The notes: a model not told the origin generated them from the sequence alone. A stretch of DNA of 64,000 nt from an uncultured bacterium (GCA_963705705.1 CAVPKK010000003.1:1-64000); one strand, 5' to 3'; positions 19,524 to 29,311 are shown, numbered from the stretch's first letter. Made by a program: numbers and translations.

Positions 19524-20687
19524 ATGATCAAACGAAACGCATTTTTTCTACTACTGACGCTGGCCGGTTCGGCGCAGGCTATTTCTTTTGGGGATTTTTA
19601 TCAGCGGTTTGGAAAAGCGGTTGATGCCCAAGTTGCAGAAGGTGTATTGGATCTCAGTAATGTAGGGCTTACTGATTTAATCGGTTTCGATAAGGTTCCA
19701 GACATAACTTCGATCTGGAAACTTTATCTCACTGGCAATAAGCTCACTGCGCTTCCGGCTAATTTTTTCAGCGGTCTAACTGCTCTTGAATTCCTGGATT
19801 TAGGAGAAAACCGGCTTGCTATGCTCCCGGATAATGTTTTCGATGGCCTACCTTTGCTTTATTACTTGTCTCTCGAAAACAACCAGATTGTTGCTCTTCA
19901 AGATAATATTTTCCGTGGCCTAACGGCACTTCGAGAGCTTCTTCTCAATGGCAATCGGCTCACTATTCTCCCCGAGAATATTTTTCATGGGCTTATTGCG
20001 CTTAAAACCCTTAATCTGGGTAATAATCAGTTCACTGCGATCTCAGCTAATATCTTCCAAGGCCTTGCTGCGCTTGAAAATCTCTTTCTTTTCAACAATC
20101 CAATATCTTTGACCCAGGAACAGTTGGCTGAGGAATTACAATTGCCTGATACTGTTGAGCTGGAATTTAAAAGGCCTGCAGAAGAGCAGGCTGAGCAGAA
20201 ATTATTTACTGCGATTGGAAATGCCGATGTTTCGGCAGTGCGGCGGCGGCTTGCTGATATTATGGCCGGATGGCTCCCTCCTGAGCTACGTCCTCTTATA
20301 GTAATCTCGAAAATCCGGGATGCCAATGGTAATAATTTATTGCATGCAGCTATAAAGGATGCAGCAGAAAGAATCAAGGTGATAGACGGTATGAGTATTG
20401 GGGTACCGGAAGACGAAAAAAAGGCAGTAAAAGAAGTCCAGGCGGAACAAAAAGATGAGATTAATGACCGCTACATGAAAATAATAAGTGCCATTCTTTC
20501 TTGCGGTGAGGAATGCGTACAAGACATGCTCTTTACGCCAAATGCCGAAAAGCAACAAGTAGTTGATTCATTGGTAGCCAAACTTGGATTCAGTAGCCCA
20601 ATTACTCAGACGATATTGTATGTCTTAAATCCAGAAGAAGAAAAAAGAGCCACAGAAGAAAAGGAAAAGCATGAAGCACAAAAATAA
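19524..20687 (+). CDS. Secreted LRR + split-ankyrin protein, copy 7 (5 LRRs)
   Basis: Paralogue; MIKRN start like copy 1. Confidence 0.9.
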   Translation: MIKRNAFFLLLTLAGSAQAISFGDFYQRFGKAVDAQVAEGVLDLSNVGLTDLIGFDKVPDITSIWKLYLTGNKLTALPANFFSGLTALEFLDLGENRLAMLPDNVFDGLPLLYYLSLENNQIVALQDNIFRGLTALRELLLNGNRLTILPENIFHGLIALKTLNLGNNQFTAISANIFQGLAALENLFLFNNPISLTQEQLAEELQLPDTVELEFKRPAEEQAEQKLFTAIGNADVSAVRRRLADIMAGWLPPELRPLIVISKIRDANGNNLLHAAIKDAAERIKVIDGMSIGVPEDEKKAVKEVQAEQKDEINDRYMKIISAILSCGEECVQDMLFTPNAEKQQVVDSLVAKLGFSSPITQTILYVLNPEEEKRATEEKEKHEAQK

Positions 20688-21654
20688 TATATTTTTTCTA
20701 CTACTGATCCTTGCCGGATCGGCGCAGGCGATTTCTTTCCGAGACTATTACTACGGCAATAGGAAATCGGATATCCCATCGCATAAGAAAGAGATCAATG
20801 CTGAGGTTGCAAGAGGTAATTTGAATTTAAATAACATAGGTCTTACTGATTTAGTTGGTTTCGATCAAGTGCCTGGCCTGAATAAACTTCGATTTCTATA
20901 TCTCGATGGTAACCAGATAACTAAACTTCCAGAAAATATCTTCCAGATCTTACCTGGGCTTCGGATGCTTTCTCTCTTTAATAATCCGATACCTCTAACC
21001 CGGGAACAACTGCATAAGGAGTTCCATTTGCCCCAAAATGTTGTGATGGACTTTAAAACTCCAGAGCAAGAACGAATTGAGCAGGAACTATTTACTGCGA
21101 TTGGCAATGCGGATGTTTCGGCGGCGCGTCAACGGCTTGAGGATATTATCATCGGAAGAGTCAGTGGACCTTTATTTAGCAAAATAAATATCTCCAAAAT
21201 TCGTGATGCCAATGGCGATAACTTACTGCATGCTGCGATACGAGATGCGGCAGAAAGAATCAAGGTGATTGAAGGGATGAGTTTTGGTCTGCCGGAAAAG
21301 GAAAAGAATACAGTAAAGAAGATCCAAGCAGAACAAAAAAGAGAAATTAATGATCGCTACATGAAAATAATAAATGCCATTGTTTCGTGTGGGGATGAAT
21401 GTGTGCAAGAAATACTCTTTACGCCTAACGCCGAAGGCCAACGAGTAGTTGATGCGATGATTGCCAAACTTGGATTTAATAGTCCCATTACGCAGGCGAT
21501 GTTGCACGCCCTTATTCAAGAGGAAGAAAAAGAACAAAGAGAGTCTAGTCGCGTAGGGGCCCAAGCGAACGCCGCGAATCTTGAATGGTCGCTAGCTCAT
21601 CAACAAGAAGAGAAAGAAAATGAAGAGAAAGAGCAGCATGAAATTAAAAAATAG
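20671..21654 (+). CDS. Secreted LRR + split-ankyrin protein, copy 8 (1 LRR)
   Basis: Paralogue. Confidence 0.9.
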   Translation: MKHKNNIFFLLLILAGSAQAISFRDYYYGNRKSDIPSHKKEINAEVARGNLNLNNIGLTDLVGFDQVPGLNKLRFLYLDGNQITKLPENIFQILPGLRMLSLFNNPIPLTREQLHKEFHLPQNVVMDFKTPEQERIEQELFTAIGNADVSAARQRLEDIIIGRVSGPLFSKINISKIRDANGDNLLHAAIRDAAERIKVIEGMSFGLPEKEKNTVKKIQAEQKREINDRYMKIINAIVSCGDECVQEILFTPNAEGQRVVDAMIAKLGFNSPITQAMLHALIQEEEKEQRESSRVGAQANAANLEWSLAHQQEEKENEEKEQHEIKK

Positions 21655-22732
21655 TTTGTTTTTTTTATTCATCGCTCTGGCCGGATCGTCTCAGGCTATT
21701 TCTTTCCGGGACTACCACTATGGTAGTATGGCATTGGGTATACCATCACATGAGAAGGAAATAAATGACGAGGTCGCAAAAGGCTCATTGAATTTAAGAA
21801 ATAAGGAACTTACGGATTTAAATGGGTTTAATGAAGTTCCGGACCTTGATAAGCTTCTCCTTCTTAATCTCAGTCATAATAAGCTTGCGACACTCCCAGA
21901 GAATATTTTCCAAGAGCTAACTCGATTAAGAAATCTTTTTCTTAATGACAATCGGCTCACTAAGCTTTCCGCTAATATTTTTCATAGTCTAACTGCTCTT
22001 CAGATGCTTGATCTCTATAATAACCAGCTCAACGGGCTTCCTATTAATATTTTCAACGGGTTATCTGAACTTCGAAGACTTTCTCTTTGGAATAACCCAA
22101 TACCTCTAACAAAGGCGCAATTAGTTAAAGAATTACAATTACCTCTCAAAATTGAGTTTTCCTTTAAAACCCAAAAGCAAGCGAGAGCAGAACAAGAATT
22201 ATTTGCAGCGATAAAGAATGCTGATGTTTTAATGGTTGGACAATGGCTTGCTGATATTATGAATGAAAGGGTCCGCGCACCTTGGTTTTTCAAAATAGAT
22301 ATTACTAAAATTCGTAATTCCAACGATGATAATTTATTACATGCGGCGATAAAAGATGCAGCAGAAAGACTGAGGACAATCGATAGAGAATTAGGGATCG
22401 TCCGGCGGGATGAAAAGCTGTCACCGGATGAGAAGAAGAAAGCAAACAACGTACTATTGGAACAAAAGAGTGAGATTAACGACCGCTACATGAAAATAAT
22501 AAGTGAAATTCTTTCGTGCGGAGAAAAATGCGTACGAAATATGCTCTTTACTCCTAATGCCGAAGGGCAACAAGTTATTGATGCCATGTTTGCCAAACTC
22601 GGATTTGATAGTCCAATAACGCAGGCGATATTGTTTGTCTTAAACCCGGAGGGATCTTCGGAGGCTCATCCGTCCTTATCTTGCCAAAGCACAGAAAAAG
22701 AAGAAAAGGGGCAGCATGAAATTCAAAAGTAG
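21638..22732 (+). CDS. Secreted LRR + split-ankyrin protein, copy 9 (3 LRRs)
   Basis: Start reassigned to ATG 21638 (MKLKNSLF) by paralogy. Confidence 0.9.
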   Translation: MKLKNSLFFLFIALAGSSQAISFRDYHYGSMALGIPSHEKEINDEVAKGSLNLRNKELTDLNGFNEVPDLDKLLLLNLSHNKLATLPENIFQELTRLRNLFLNDNRLTKLSANIFHSLTALQMLDLYNNQLNGLPINIFNGLSELRRLSLWNNPIPLTKAQLVKELQLPLKIEFSFKTQKQARAEQELFAAIKNADVLMVGQWLADIMNERVRAPWFFKIDITKIRNSNDDNLLHAAIKDAAERLRTIDRELGIVRRDEKLSPDEKKKANNVLLEQKSEINDRYMKIISEILSCGEKCVRNMLFTPNAEGQQVIDAMFAKLGFDSPITQAILFVLNPEGSSEAHPSLSCQSTEKEEKGQHEIQK

Positions 22733-23807
22733 CTTATTTCTTTTATTGCTCGCCCTAACGAGATCGGCAGAGGCTATTTCTTTTAGGGATTATTATCATG
22801 GCAATGAGTCATTAAGTATCCCACCGCATGAAAAAGAAATTAATGATGAAGTTGCGACAGGTTCATTGGATTTAAGGTATACAGCACTTACTGATCTAGT
22901 TGGTTTCGATGAGGTTCCCGGTTTAGCCGAGCTCCGCCGGCTTTCTCTCTCCAATAATGAACTTGCTACACTCCCGGATAATATCTTTCATGGACTCAGT
23001 GCGCTTAAATTACTTTCTCTTAATGATAATCGGCTCGCAACGCTTCCGGCAAATGCCTTTCGCGGCTTAACTGCACTTGAATCACTTTATCTCTACAACA
23101 ATCAGCTAACCGCCTTCTCTCCCAATATTATTAATGGACTAACATCCCTTGAAGAACTGGATCTCGAAAACAATCCAATACCTTTAACCCAAGCGCAATT
23201 AGAATTACAACTGCCGGATAGTATTACGCTATCTTTTAAAACACCGAAACAAGAACAGGCTGAATGGGAATTATTTGTTGCCCTTGAAAATGCTGATGTT
23301 TTGACCTTTCGCTGTTGGCTCGATGAAATCATGACAGGAGTGATCCATGCAGCAGGAATGATCCATATAGTGCCAAATGTTCGCATAGTTGTCTCCAAAA
23401 TTCGTAATCCCAATGGTGATAATTTATTGCATGCTGCGATAAGAGCTGCAGCAGAAAGAATTAAAGTCATAGATGGCATGAGTGTCGGTTTACCAGAGGC
23501 AGAAAAGAAAGCAGTAAAAGAGATACAAGCCGAACAAAAAGCTGAGATTAATGACCGCTACATGAAAATAATAAGTGAAATTCTTTCATGCGGCGAGCAA
23601 TGCGTGGAAGATATGCTCTTTACGCCGAATGCCGAAGGGCAACAAGTAGTTGATGCTGTGGTAGCTAAGCTTGGATTTGATAGTCCAATTACGCAGGCGA
23701 TATTGTTTGTCTTAAGTCCCGAGGAGTCTAGGGAGCTTCATTCCTCTGCATCTTGTTCAAGCGCAGAAAAGAAAGAAAAGAAGGAGCAACATGAAGCACA
23801 AAAATAA
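22716..23807 (+). CDS. Secreted LRR + split-ankyrin protein, copy 10 (3 LRRs)
   Basis: Paralogue. Confidence 0.9.
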   Translation: MKFKSSLFLLLLALTRSAEAISFRDYYHGNESLSIPPHEKEINDEVATGSLDLRYTALTDLVGFDEVPGLAELRRLSLSNNELATLPDNIFHGLSALKLLSLNDNRLATLPANAFRGLTALESLYLYNNQLTAFSPNIINGLTSLEELDLENNPIPLTQAQLELQLPDSITLSFKTPKQEQAEWELFVALENADVLTFRCWLDEIMTGVIHAAGMIHIVPNVRIVVSKIRNPNGDNLLHAAIRAAAERIKVIDGMSVGLPEAEKKAVKEIQAEQKAEINDRYMKIISEILSCGEQCVEDMLFTPNAEGQQVVDAVVAKLGFDSPITQAILFVLSPEESRELHSSASCSSAEKKEKKEQHEAQK

Positions 23808-25122
23808 TATATTTCTTGTATTACTCATCCTAGCTGGATCTGCAGAAGCTATTTCTTTCCGGGACTACTACTATGGAAATCCAGCATTAAATATCCGGCC
23901 GCATCAGAAAGAAGTAAATGCCCAGATTGCAACCGGTGATTTGAGATTAATTGGCGAAGATCTTACTGACTTAATTGGTTTTCTTGAGGTGCCTGGCGTG
24001 ACGGCTCTTCGAGCATTCTATTTTTCTGAAAATCCGATTGTCGATTTCCCCCCAAATTTCTTCTGGCATCTCCCTGCGCTTAAAATACTGAATCTTGAAA
24101 ACAATCGGCGCGCCAAATTGCCTCAGGGTACTTTTTATGGTCTCTCCGCGCTTGAAAGTCTTAGCCTTTCACACAACCAGCTTGTTGCGCTCCCGGAGAA
24201 CATTTTCTATGTTCTGACTGATCTTAAATTTCTTTATCTCGATGATAATCAGTTTACTACGCTTCCCGCTAATATTTTCAATGGCCTAGTAGAACTTGAA
24301 GTTTTGTCTCTCGCAAATAATCAGCTCGGCGAACTATCACAGAATATCTTTAATAAGTTATTCAATCTTCAAGTACTTGATCTTGAAAACAATCAACTCA
24401 ATGCGATCTCAAGAAATTTTTTCACAGGATTAATGCGGCTTGAGACACTTGATCTGGCAAACAATCAGATTACGACCGTACCGACTGGTATTTTTAATGG
24501 TTTAAATCTGCGTCAACTATATCTCGGTAATAATCCAATACCATTAACTCAAGCACAATTGGCAAAAGAAATAGAGTTGCCTGCCCATCTTGAATTGATT
24601 TTTAAAAATCAGGCACAGCAACAGGCGGAGCAAGATTTGTTTGCCGCGATAAAAAACGCCGATACTGAAACGATGGCGCGACTGATTAAGGCTATCAAGA
24701 ATAAAGATATCAAGGGACCGAGCAAAGCGCAGATAGCGATTTCCAAAATCCGTGATGCCAACGGCGATAATTTATTGCATGCGGCTATAAGAGATGCAGC
24801 AGAAAGAATTAAAGTCATAGATGGCATGAGTGTTGGATTGCCAGAAGATGAGAAGAAGGCAGTAAAAGAAGTGCAAGCCGAACAAAAAGCTGAGATTAAT
24901 GATCGCTACATGAAAATAATAAGTATAATTTTTTCATGCGGCGAGGAATGCGTACAAGACCTACTCTTTACACCTAATGCCGAGAAGCAACAGGCAATTG
25001 ATATGGTGATAGCCAAGCTTGGATTTGATAGTCCGATATACAAGGCAATACTTGAGGGCCTAAATCAAGAGGAAAAAACAACATCAACAGAAGAAAAGGA
25101 AAAAAATGAAGCACAAAAATAA
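23791..25122 (+). CDS. Secreted LRR + split-ankyrin protein, copy 11 (7 LRRs)
   Basis: Paralogue. Confidence 0.9.
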   Translation: MKHKNNIFLVLLILAGSAEAISFRDYYYGNPALNIRPHQKEVNAQIATGDLRLIGEDLTDLIGFLEVPGVTALRAFYFSENPIVDFPPNFFWHLPALKILNLENNRRAKLPQGTFYGLSALESLSLSHNQLVALPENIFYVLTDLKFLYLDDNQFTTLPANIFNGLVELEVLSLANNQLGELSQNIFNKLFNLQVLDLENNQLNAISRNFFTGLMRLETLDLANNQITTVPTGIFNGLNLRQLYLGNNPIPLTQAQLAKEIELPAHLELIFKNQAQQQAEQDLFAAIKNADTETMARLIKAIKNKDIKGPSKAQIAISKIRDANGDNLLHAAIRDAAERIKVIDGMSVGLPEDEKKAVKEVQAEQKAEINDRYMKIISIIFSCGEECVQDLLFTPNAEKQQAIDMVIAKLGFDSPIYKAILEGLNQEEKTTSTEEKEKNEAQK

Positions 25123-26482
25123 TATATTTATTCTATTACTCACCCTAGTCGGCTCAGCACAGGCAATTTCTTTCCGCGATTATTATCATGGCAATGAAGC
25201 ATTGGGCATTCCATCGCATGAAAAAGAAGTCGATGCTGCCGTTGAAGAAGGTTTGTTGTTTTTAAATGATCAAAATCTCACTGACTTAGTTGGTTTCAAT
25301 GAGGTTCCTGGTTTGCATGGTCTTCGAAGGCTTAGTTTCTCGGACAACCAGTTCACTGTTCTTCCGGATAACATCTTCAATGGCCTTGTCGAGCTTGAAA
25401 TGCTTAGTCTCTCAAAAAACGAGCTCCTCGGGCTTCACAAAAATATTTTTCATGGGCTAACTGCGCTACGTTCTCTTTATCTTGGCAGTAACCAAATCGC
25501 CATGCTTCCGTCGAATATTTTTCATGGCCTAATCGGTCTTGAAGAGCTTAATCTTTCCAATAACCGGCTTACTACCCTGCAGGAAGGAATGTTCAATGAT
25601 TTAAATAAGCTTCATACGCTTGATCTCTCCAGTAATGATCTCAGTTCGCTGCCCGCGAATGTTTTTCACGGACTCACTGCGCTTCATAGCCTTAGCCTTT
25701 CCTACAATCAACTCACTGTACTTCCCGAGAATATTTTTCATGGTTTAGCTAGCCTTAAAGAAATTGGCCTTTCTAACAACCAGCTTACTGGTTTGCCTAA
25801 TAACATTTTCCTTGGTTTAAATGAGCTTAGAAGGGTTAGTCTCAATAATAATCCAATACCGCTAACCCAGGCGCAGTTGGAGAAGGAATTACAATTTCCT
25901 GCAAATGCCCTATTGATATTTAAAAGTCGACCACAGGAAGAAGATGAGCATGATTTATTTCATGCGATCAAGAATGCTGATGTTTTCAGGGTGCGTGGCC
26001 TGATTGATGCCATTATGACAGGAAAGACTTATGGGCTACCAAACAGCAACATACAAATCTCCAAAATTCGTAATGCTCATGGCGATAATTTATTGCATGC
26101 GGCGATACGAGATGCATCAGAAAGAATTAGGATCATTGAAGGTATGAGTGTCGGATTGCCAGAAGCAGAGAAAAAGGCAGTAAAAGAAGTGCAGGCAGAA
26201 CAGAAAAGAGAGATTAATGATCGCTACATGAAAATAATAAGTGAAATTCTTTCGTGTGGTGAAGAATGCGTACAAGACATGCTCTTTACAACCAATGCAG
26301 AAGGCCAACAGGTAATTGATGCGATGATAGCCAAACTTGGGTTTGATAATCCAATTACTGAAGTAATGTTGTATGGTCGTGCTCTAATTGAACCCTCAGC
26401 CGCTCAGCCTGAGGTCCGGCGAAGCGCGAGGGAACTGCGGAATTATGAGAAGCTTACGGGAAAAAGAGTAAAGCTAGGCTAG
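25106..26482 (+). CDS. Secreted LRR + split-ankyrin protein, copy 12 (7 LRRs, unique basic tail)
   Basis: Paralogue; ends GKRVKLG. Confidence 0.9.
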   Translation: MKHKNNIFILLLTLVGSAQAISFRDYYHGNEALGIPSHEKEVDAAVEEGLLFLNDQNLTDLVGFNEVPGLHGLRRLSFSDNQFTVLPDNIFNGLVELEMLSLSKNELLGLHKNIFHGLTALRSLYLGSNQIAMLPSNIFHGLIGLEELNLSNNRLTTLQEGMFNDLNKLHTLDLSSNDLSSLPANVFHGLTALHSLSLSYNQLTVLPENIFHGLASLKEIGLSNNQLTGLPNNIFLGLNELRRVSLNNNPIPLTQAQLEKELQFPANALLIFKSRPQEEDEHDLFHAIKNADVFRVRGLIDAIMTGKTYGLPNSNIQISKIRNAHGDNLLHAAIRDASERIRIIEGMSVGLPEAEKKAVKEVQAEQKREINDRYMKIISEILSCGEECVQDMLFTTNAEGQQVIDAMIAKLGFDNPITEVMLYGRALIEPSAAQPEVRRSARELRNYEKLTGKRVKLG

Positions 26483-26527
26483 GCGCCAGCCCATTAACCA
26501 AGGAAAAAGAAAAAAAGGAGGAACAAT

Positions 26528-27775
26528 ATGAAGTACAAAAATAGTTTAATTTTTTTATTGATTACTTTGGCCGGCTCGGCTCAGGCTATTTCTTTTAGGG
26601 ACTATTATCAGTCTCATGAAAAAGAGGTCAATGCTGCCGTTGCAGCTGGTTCCTTGCATTTAAATAACAAAGAACTCACTGATTTAATCGGTTTCGATGA
26701 GATTCCTGGCATTACTGCACTTGAAGAACTTCGTCTCGATGACAATAAACTCACAACACTCACAGAAAATATCTTCCACGGACTAACCCATCTTATGTTG
26801 CTTGAGCTCACCCATAATGAACTGGCAACGCTTCCAGAAAATATCTTCCATGGCCTAACTTCACTTCGATGGCTTTTTCTCGCCAACAATCAATTTTCCG
26901 AACTCCCAGAAAATATCTTTGGTGGCCTAAATGAGCTTGAAGATCTTAATCTTTATAACAACCATCTCACTACGCTCCCTGCTAATATTTTTCATGACTT
27001 GCATGCGCTTAAAAGACTTCATCTCGAAGTCAATCAGCTTGCTGCACTTCCAAATAACATCTTTCATGGCCTAGTATCCCTTGAAACACTTAATCTCAAT
27101 GGCAATCAACTTACTACTTTCCAGGAGAACACTTTTTATGATCTTACTGCGCTTCGAGATCTTTCTCTTTGGAATAACCCAATACCTCTAACCGAAGCTC
27201 AATTGCGCAAGAAATTACATTTGCCCCACAAAGTTGAGTATGTTGAGTTACTTTTTAAAACTGAAGATCAAGAGCAAGAAGAACAAGAGTTATTTGCTGG
27301 AATTGGGATTGCTAATATTTCGGCTGTGCGCCAAGCGATTGATGATATTAAGACTGGAAAAGTCAATGGACCTTTGTTTAGCAAAATAGCTATCTCAAAG
27401 ATTCGGAATGCGAAGGGCGACAATTTATTGCATGCGGCGATACGAGATGCGGCGGAAAGAATTAAAGTTATCGATGGTATGAGTGTCGGTTTGCCAGAAG
27501 ATGAGAAGAAGGCAGTAAAAGAAGTGCAAGCCGAACAAAAAGCTGAGATTAATGACCGCTACATGAAAATAATAAGCGCCATTCTTTCATGCGGCGAGGA
27601 ATGCGTGCAAGACATGCTTTTCACTTCTAATGCCGAAGGCCAACAAGTAGTTGATTCGGTGGTAGCCAAACTTGGATTTGATAGTCCGATATACATAGCA
27701 ATACTTGTAGGTCTAAATCAAGAAGAAAAAACAACACCAAAAGAAGAAAAGGAAAAAAATGAAGCACAAAAATAA
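26528..27775 (+). CDS. Secreted LRR + split-ankyrin protein, copy 13 (6 LRRs)
   Basis: Paralogue; AAGGAGG SD. Confidence 0.9.
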   Translation: MKYKNSLIFLLITLAGSAQAISFRDYYQSHEKEVNAAVAAGSLHLNNKELTDLIGFDEIPGITALEELRLDDNKLTTLTENIFHGLTHLMLLELTHNELATLPENIFHGLTSLRWLFLANNQFSELPENIFGGLNELEDLNLYNNHLTTLPANIFHDLHALKRLHLEVNQLAALPNNIFHGLVSLETLNLNGNQLTTFQENTFYDLTALRDLSLWNNPIPLTEAQLRKKLHLPHKVEYVELLFKTEDQEQEEQELFAGIGIANISAVRQAIDDIKTGKVNGPLFSKIAISKIRNAKGDNLLHAAIRDAAERIKVIDGMSVGLPEDEKKAVKEVQAEQKAEINDRYMKIISAILSCGEECVQDMLFTSNAEGQQVVDSVVAKLGFDSPIYIAILVGLNQEEKTTPKEEKEKNEAQK

Positions 27776-29039
27776 TATATTCATTTTATTAATCACCCTA
27801 GTCGGTTCAGCGCAGGCTATTTCGTTCAGAGATTACTATCATGGCAATGAAGCTTTAGGCATTCTGCCGCATGGAAAAGAGGTCAACGCCGCCGTTGCAA
27901 CGGGTAAATTAGATTTAAGTGATAAAGGGCTCACTGATTTAATTGGCTTCGATGAAATTCCGGACTTGAATACGCTTCAAGAGCTCCATCTTGCTCACAA
28001 TGAACTCGTAGCACTGCCAGAAAATATTTTCCATGGCCTAATTCAGCTTAGATCTCTTCGACTCAACAACAATGATCTCATTACACTCCCGGTGAATATA
28101 TTCCGTGGCCTAACTTCGCTTCAATGGCTTTATCTTGATAACAATCAACTCATCGAACTCCCAGAAAATATCTTCGGTGGCCTGACTGTGCTTGAAGGGC
28201 TTAATCTCAGTGATAACCAGCTCACTTCATTCCCGGATAATATTTTCCACGGTCTCCATGGGCTTAAAATACTATATCTTGGGGGCAACCGACTTGCCAC
28301 GCTTCCAGTTAACACATTTCATGGTCTAACTGCGCTTGAAGAACTTTATCTCGATGACAATCAGTTCAGCACACTATCCGCTAATATTTTCAATGGATTA
28401 ACTGAACTTGGGTTCCTTAATCTTACTAATAACCCAATATCTTTAACCCAGTCGCAATTGGCCAAGGAGTTACAATTGCCTCGCAATACTGAGCTAGTTT
28501 TTAAAAATTCAGGGCAAGAGAAGATTGAACAGGAATTATTTGCTGCAATAAGAAAGGCAGATGCTTCGGAAGTGCACCAATTACTTAATTATATTATGAG
28601 CGGGATGATCGGCGGATTTCATTTCCCAATTCATATCTGGAAAATTCGTGATGCTAAGGGCGATAATTTAGTGCATGCGGCTATACGAGATGTAGCGGAA
28701 AGAAGTAAGGTTATAGATGGCATGAGTGTCGGGTTGCCAGAAGATGAGAAGAAGGCAGTAAAAGAAGTACAAGCCGAACAAAAAACTGAGATTAATGACC
28801 GCTATATGAAAATAATAAGTGAGATCCTTTCATGCGGCGAGGAATGCGTGCAAGATATGCTCTTTACACCAAATGCCGAAGGACAACAGGTAATTGATGC
28901 GGTAATAGCCAAACTCGGATTTGATAGTCCGATATACAAGGCAATTCTCAAGGGTCTAACTCCTGAGGAATCCTTAGAAGCTAAAGCCGTGGAAGACATC
29001 AAGGAAAATGAGAATCAAAACAAAAGCCCCGAGAATTAA
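27759..29039 (+). CDS. Secreted LRR + split-ankyrin protein, copy 14 (6 LRRs)
   Basis: Paralogue. Confidence 0.9.
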   Translation: MKHKNNIFILLITLVGSAQAISFRDYYHGNEALGILPHGKEVNAAVATGKLDLSDKGLTDLIGFDEIPDLNTLQELHLAHNELVALPENIFHGLIQLRSLRLNNNDLITLPVNIFRGLTSLQWLYLDNNQLIELPENIFGGLTVLEGLNLSDNQLTSFPDNIFHGLHGLKILYLGGNRLATLPVNTFHGLTALEELYLDDNQFSTLSANIFNGLTELGFLNLTNNPISLTQSQLAKELQLPRNTELVFKNSGQEKIEQELFAAIRKADASEVHQLLNYIMSGMIGGFHFPIHIWKIRDAKGDNLVHAAIRDVAERSKVIDGMSVGLPEDEKKAVKEVQAEQKTEINDRYMKIISEILSCGEECVQDMLFTPNAEGQQVIDAVIAKLGFDSPIYKAILKGLTPEESLEAKAVEDIKENENQNKSPEN

Positions 29040-29051
29040 CTCGAGGCCTTT
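29022..29051. terminator. Possible terminator at the end of the LRR array
   Basis: Imperfect hairpin aaagccccgag-aattaa-ctcgaggccttt between convergent genes. Confidence 0.35.
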
Positions 29052-29077
29052 ATCTTTAAAATTATAATACGTAGGTA

Positions 29078-29311
29078 TTATTTTCTTGGCGGCTTATTGC
29101 ACGGGCATTTGTCGCTTGAAATGTCGCCGGCAGCAAAGAAAGATTTTCTTGGTGGCTTGTTGCATGGACATTTTTCAGAACCTGCATCAAGGAACGAAAT
29201 AGCTGGCATTACATTTTTTTCTGGTTTATCACATTCACAACATGCGTTAAGTGCCATTGCAGCTGAACACATCATGCAGAACACCGCCATGGTATAGGTA
29301 AGGTTTTTCAT
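29078..29311 (-). CDS. Small secreted Cys-rich peptide with repeated CxCxKP motifs
   Basis: Signal-like N-terminus; CECDKP, and KCPCNKPPRK twice with synonymous differences between the copies. Confidence 0.7.
   Translation of the reverse strand: MKNLTYTMAVFCMMCSAAMALNACCECDKPEKNVMPAISFLDAGSEKCPCNKPPRKSFFAAGDISSDKCPCNKPPRK

Noticed and set aside
12573..29002. Recurrent antisense ORFs in the LRR array (e.g. 12573..12944, 15870..16502)
   Set aside because: Shadows of the conserved sense-strand domain, with inconsistent starts and lengths
12127..29039. LRR array as a diversity-generating retroelement target or CRISPR-like array
   Set aside because: No reverse transcriptase or template repeat is visible, variation is not restricted to adenines, and the repeats are coding rather than repeat-spacer units
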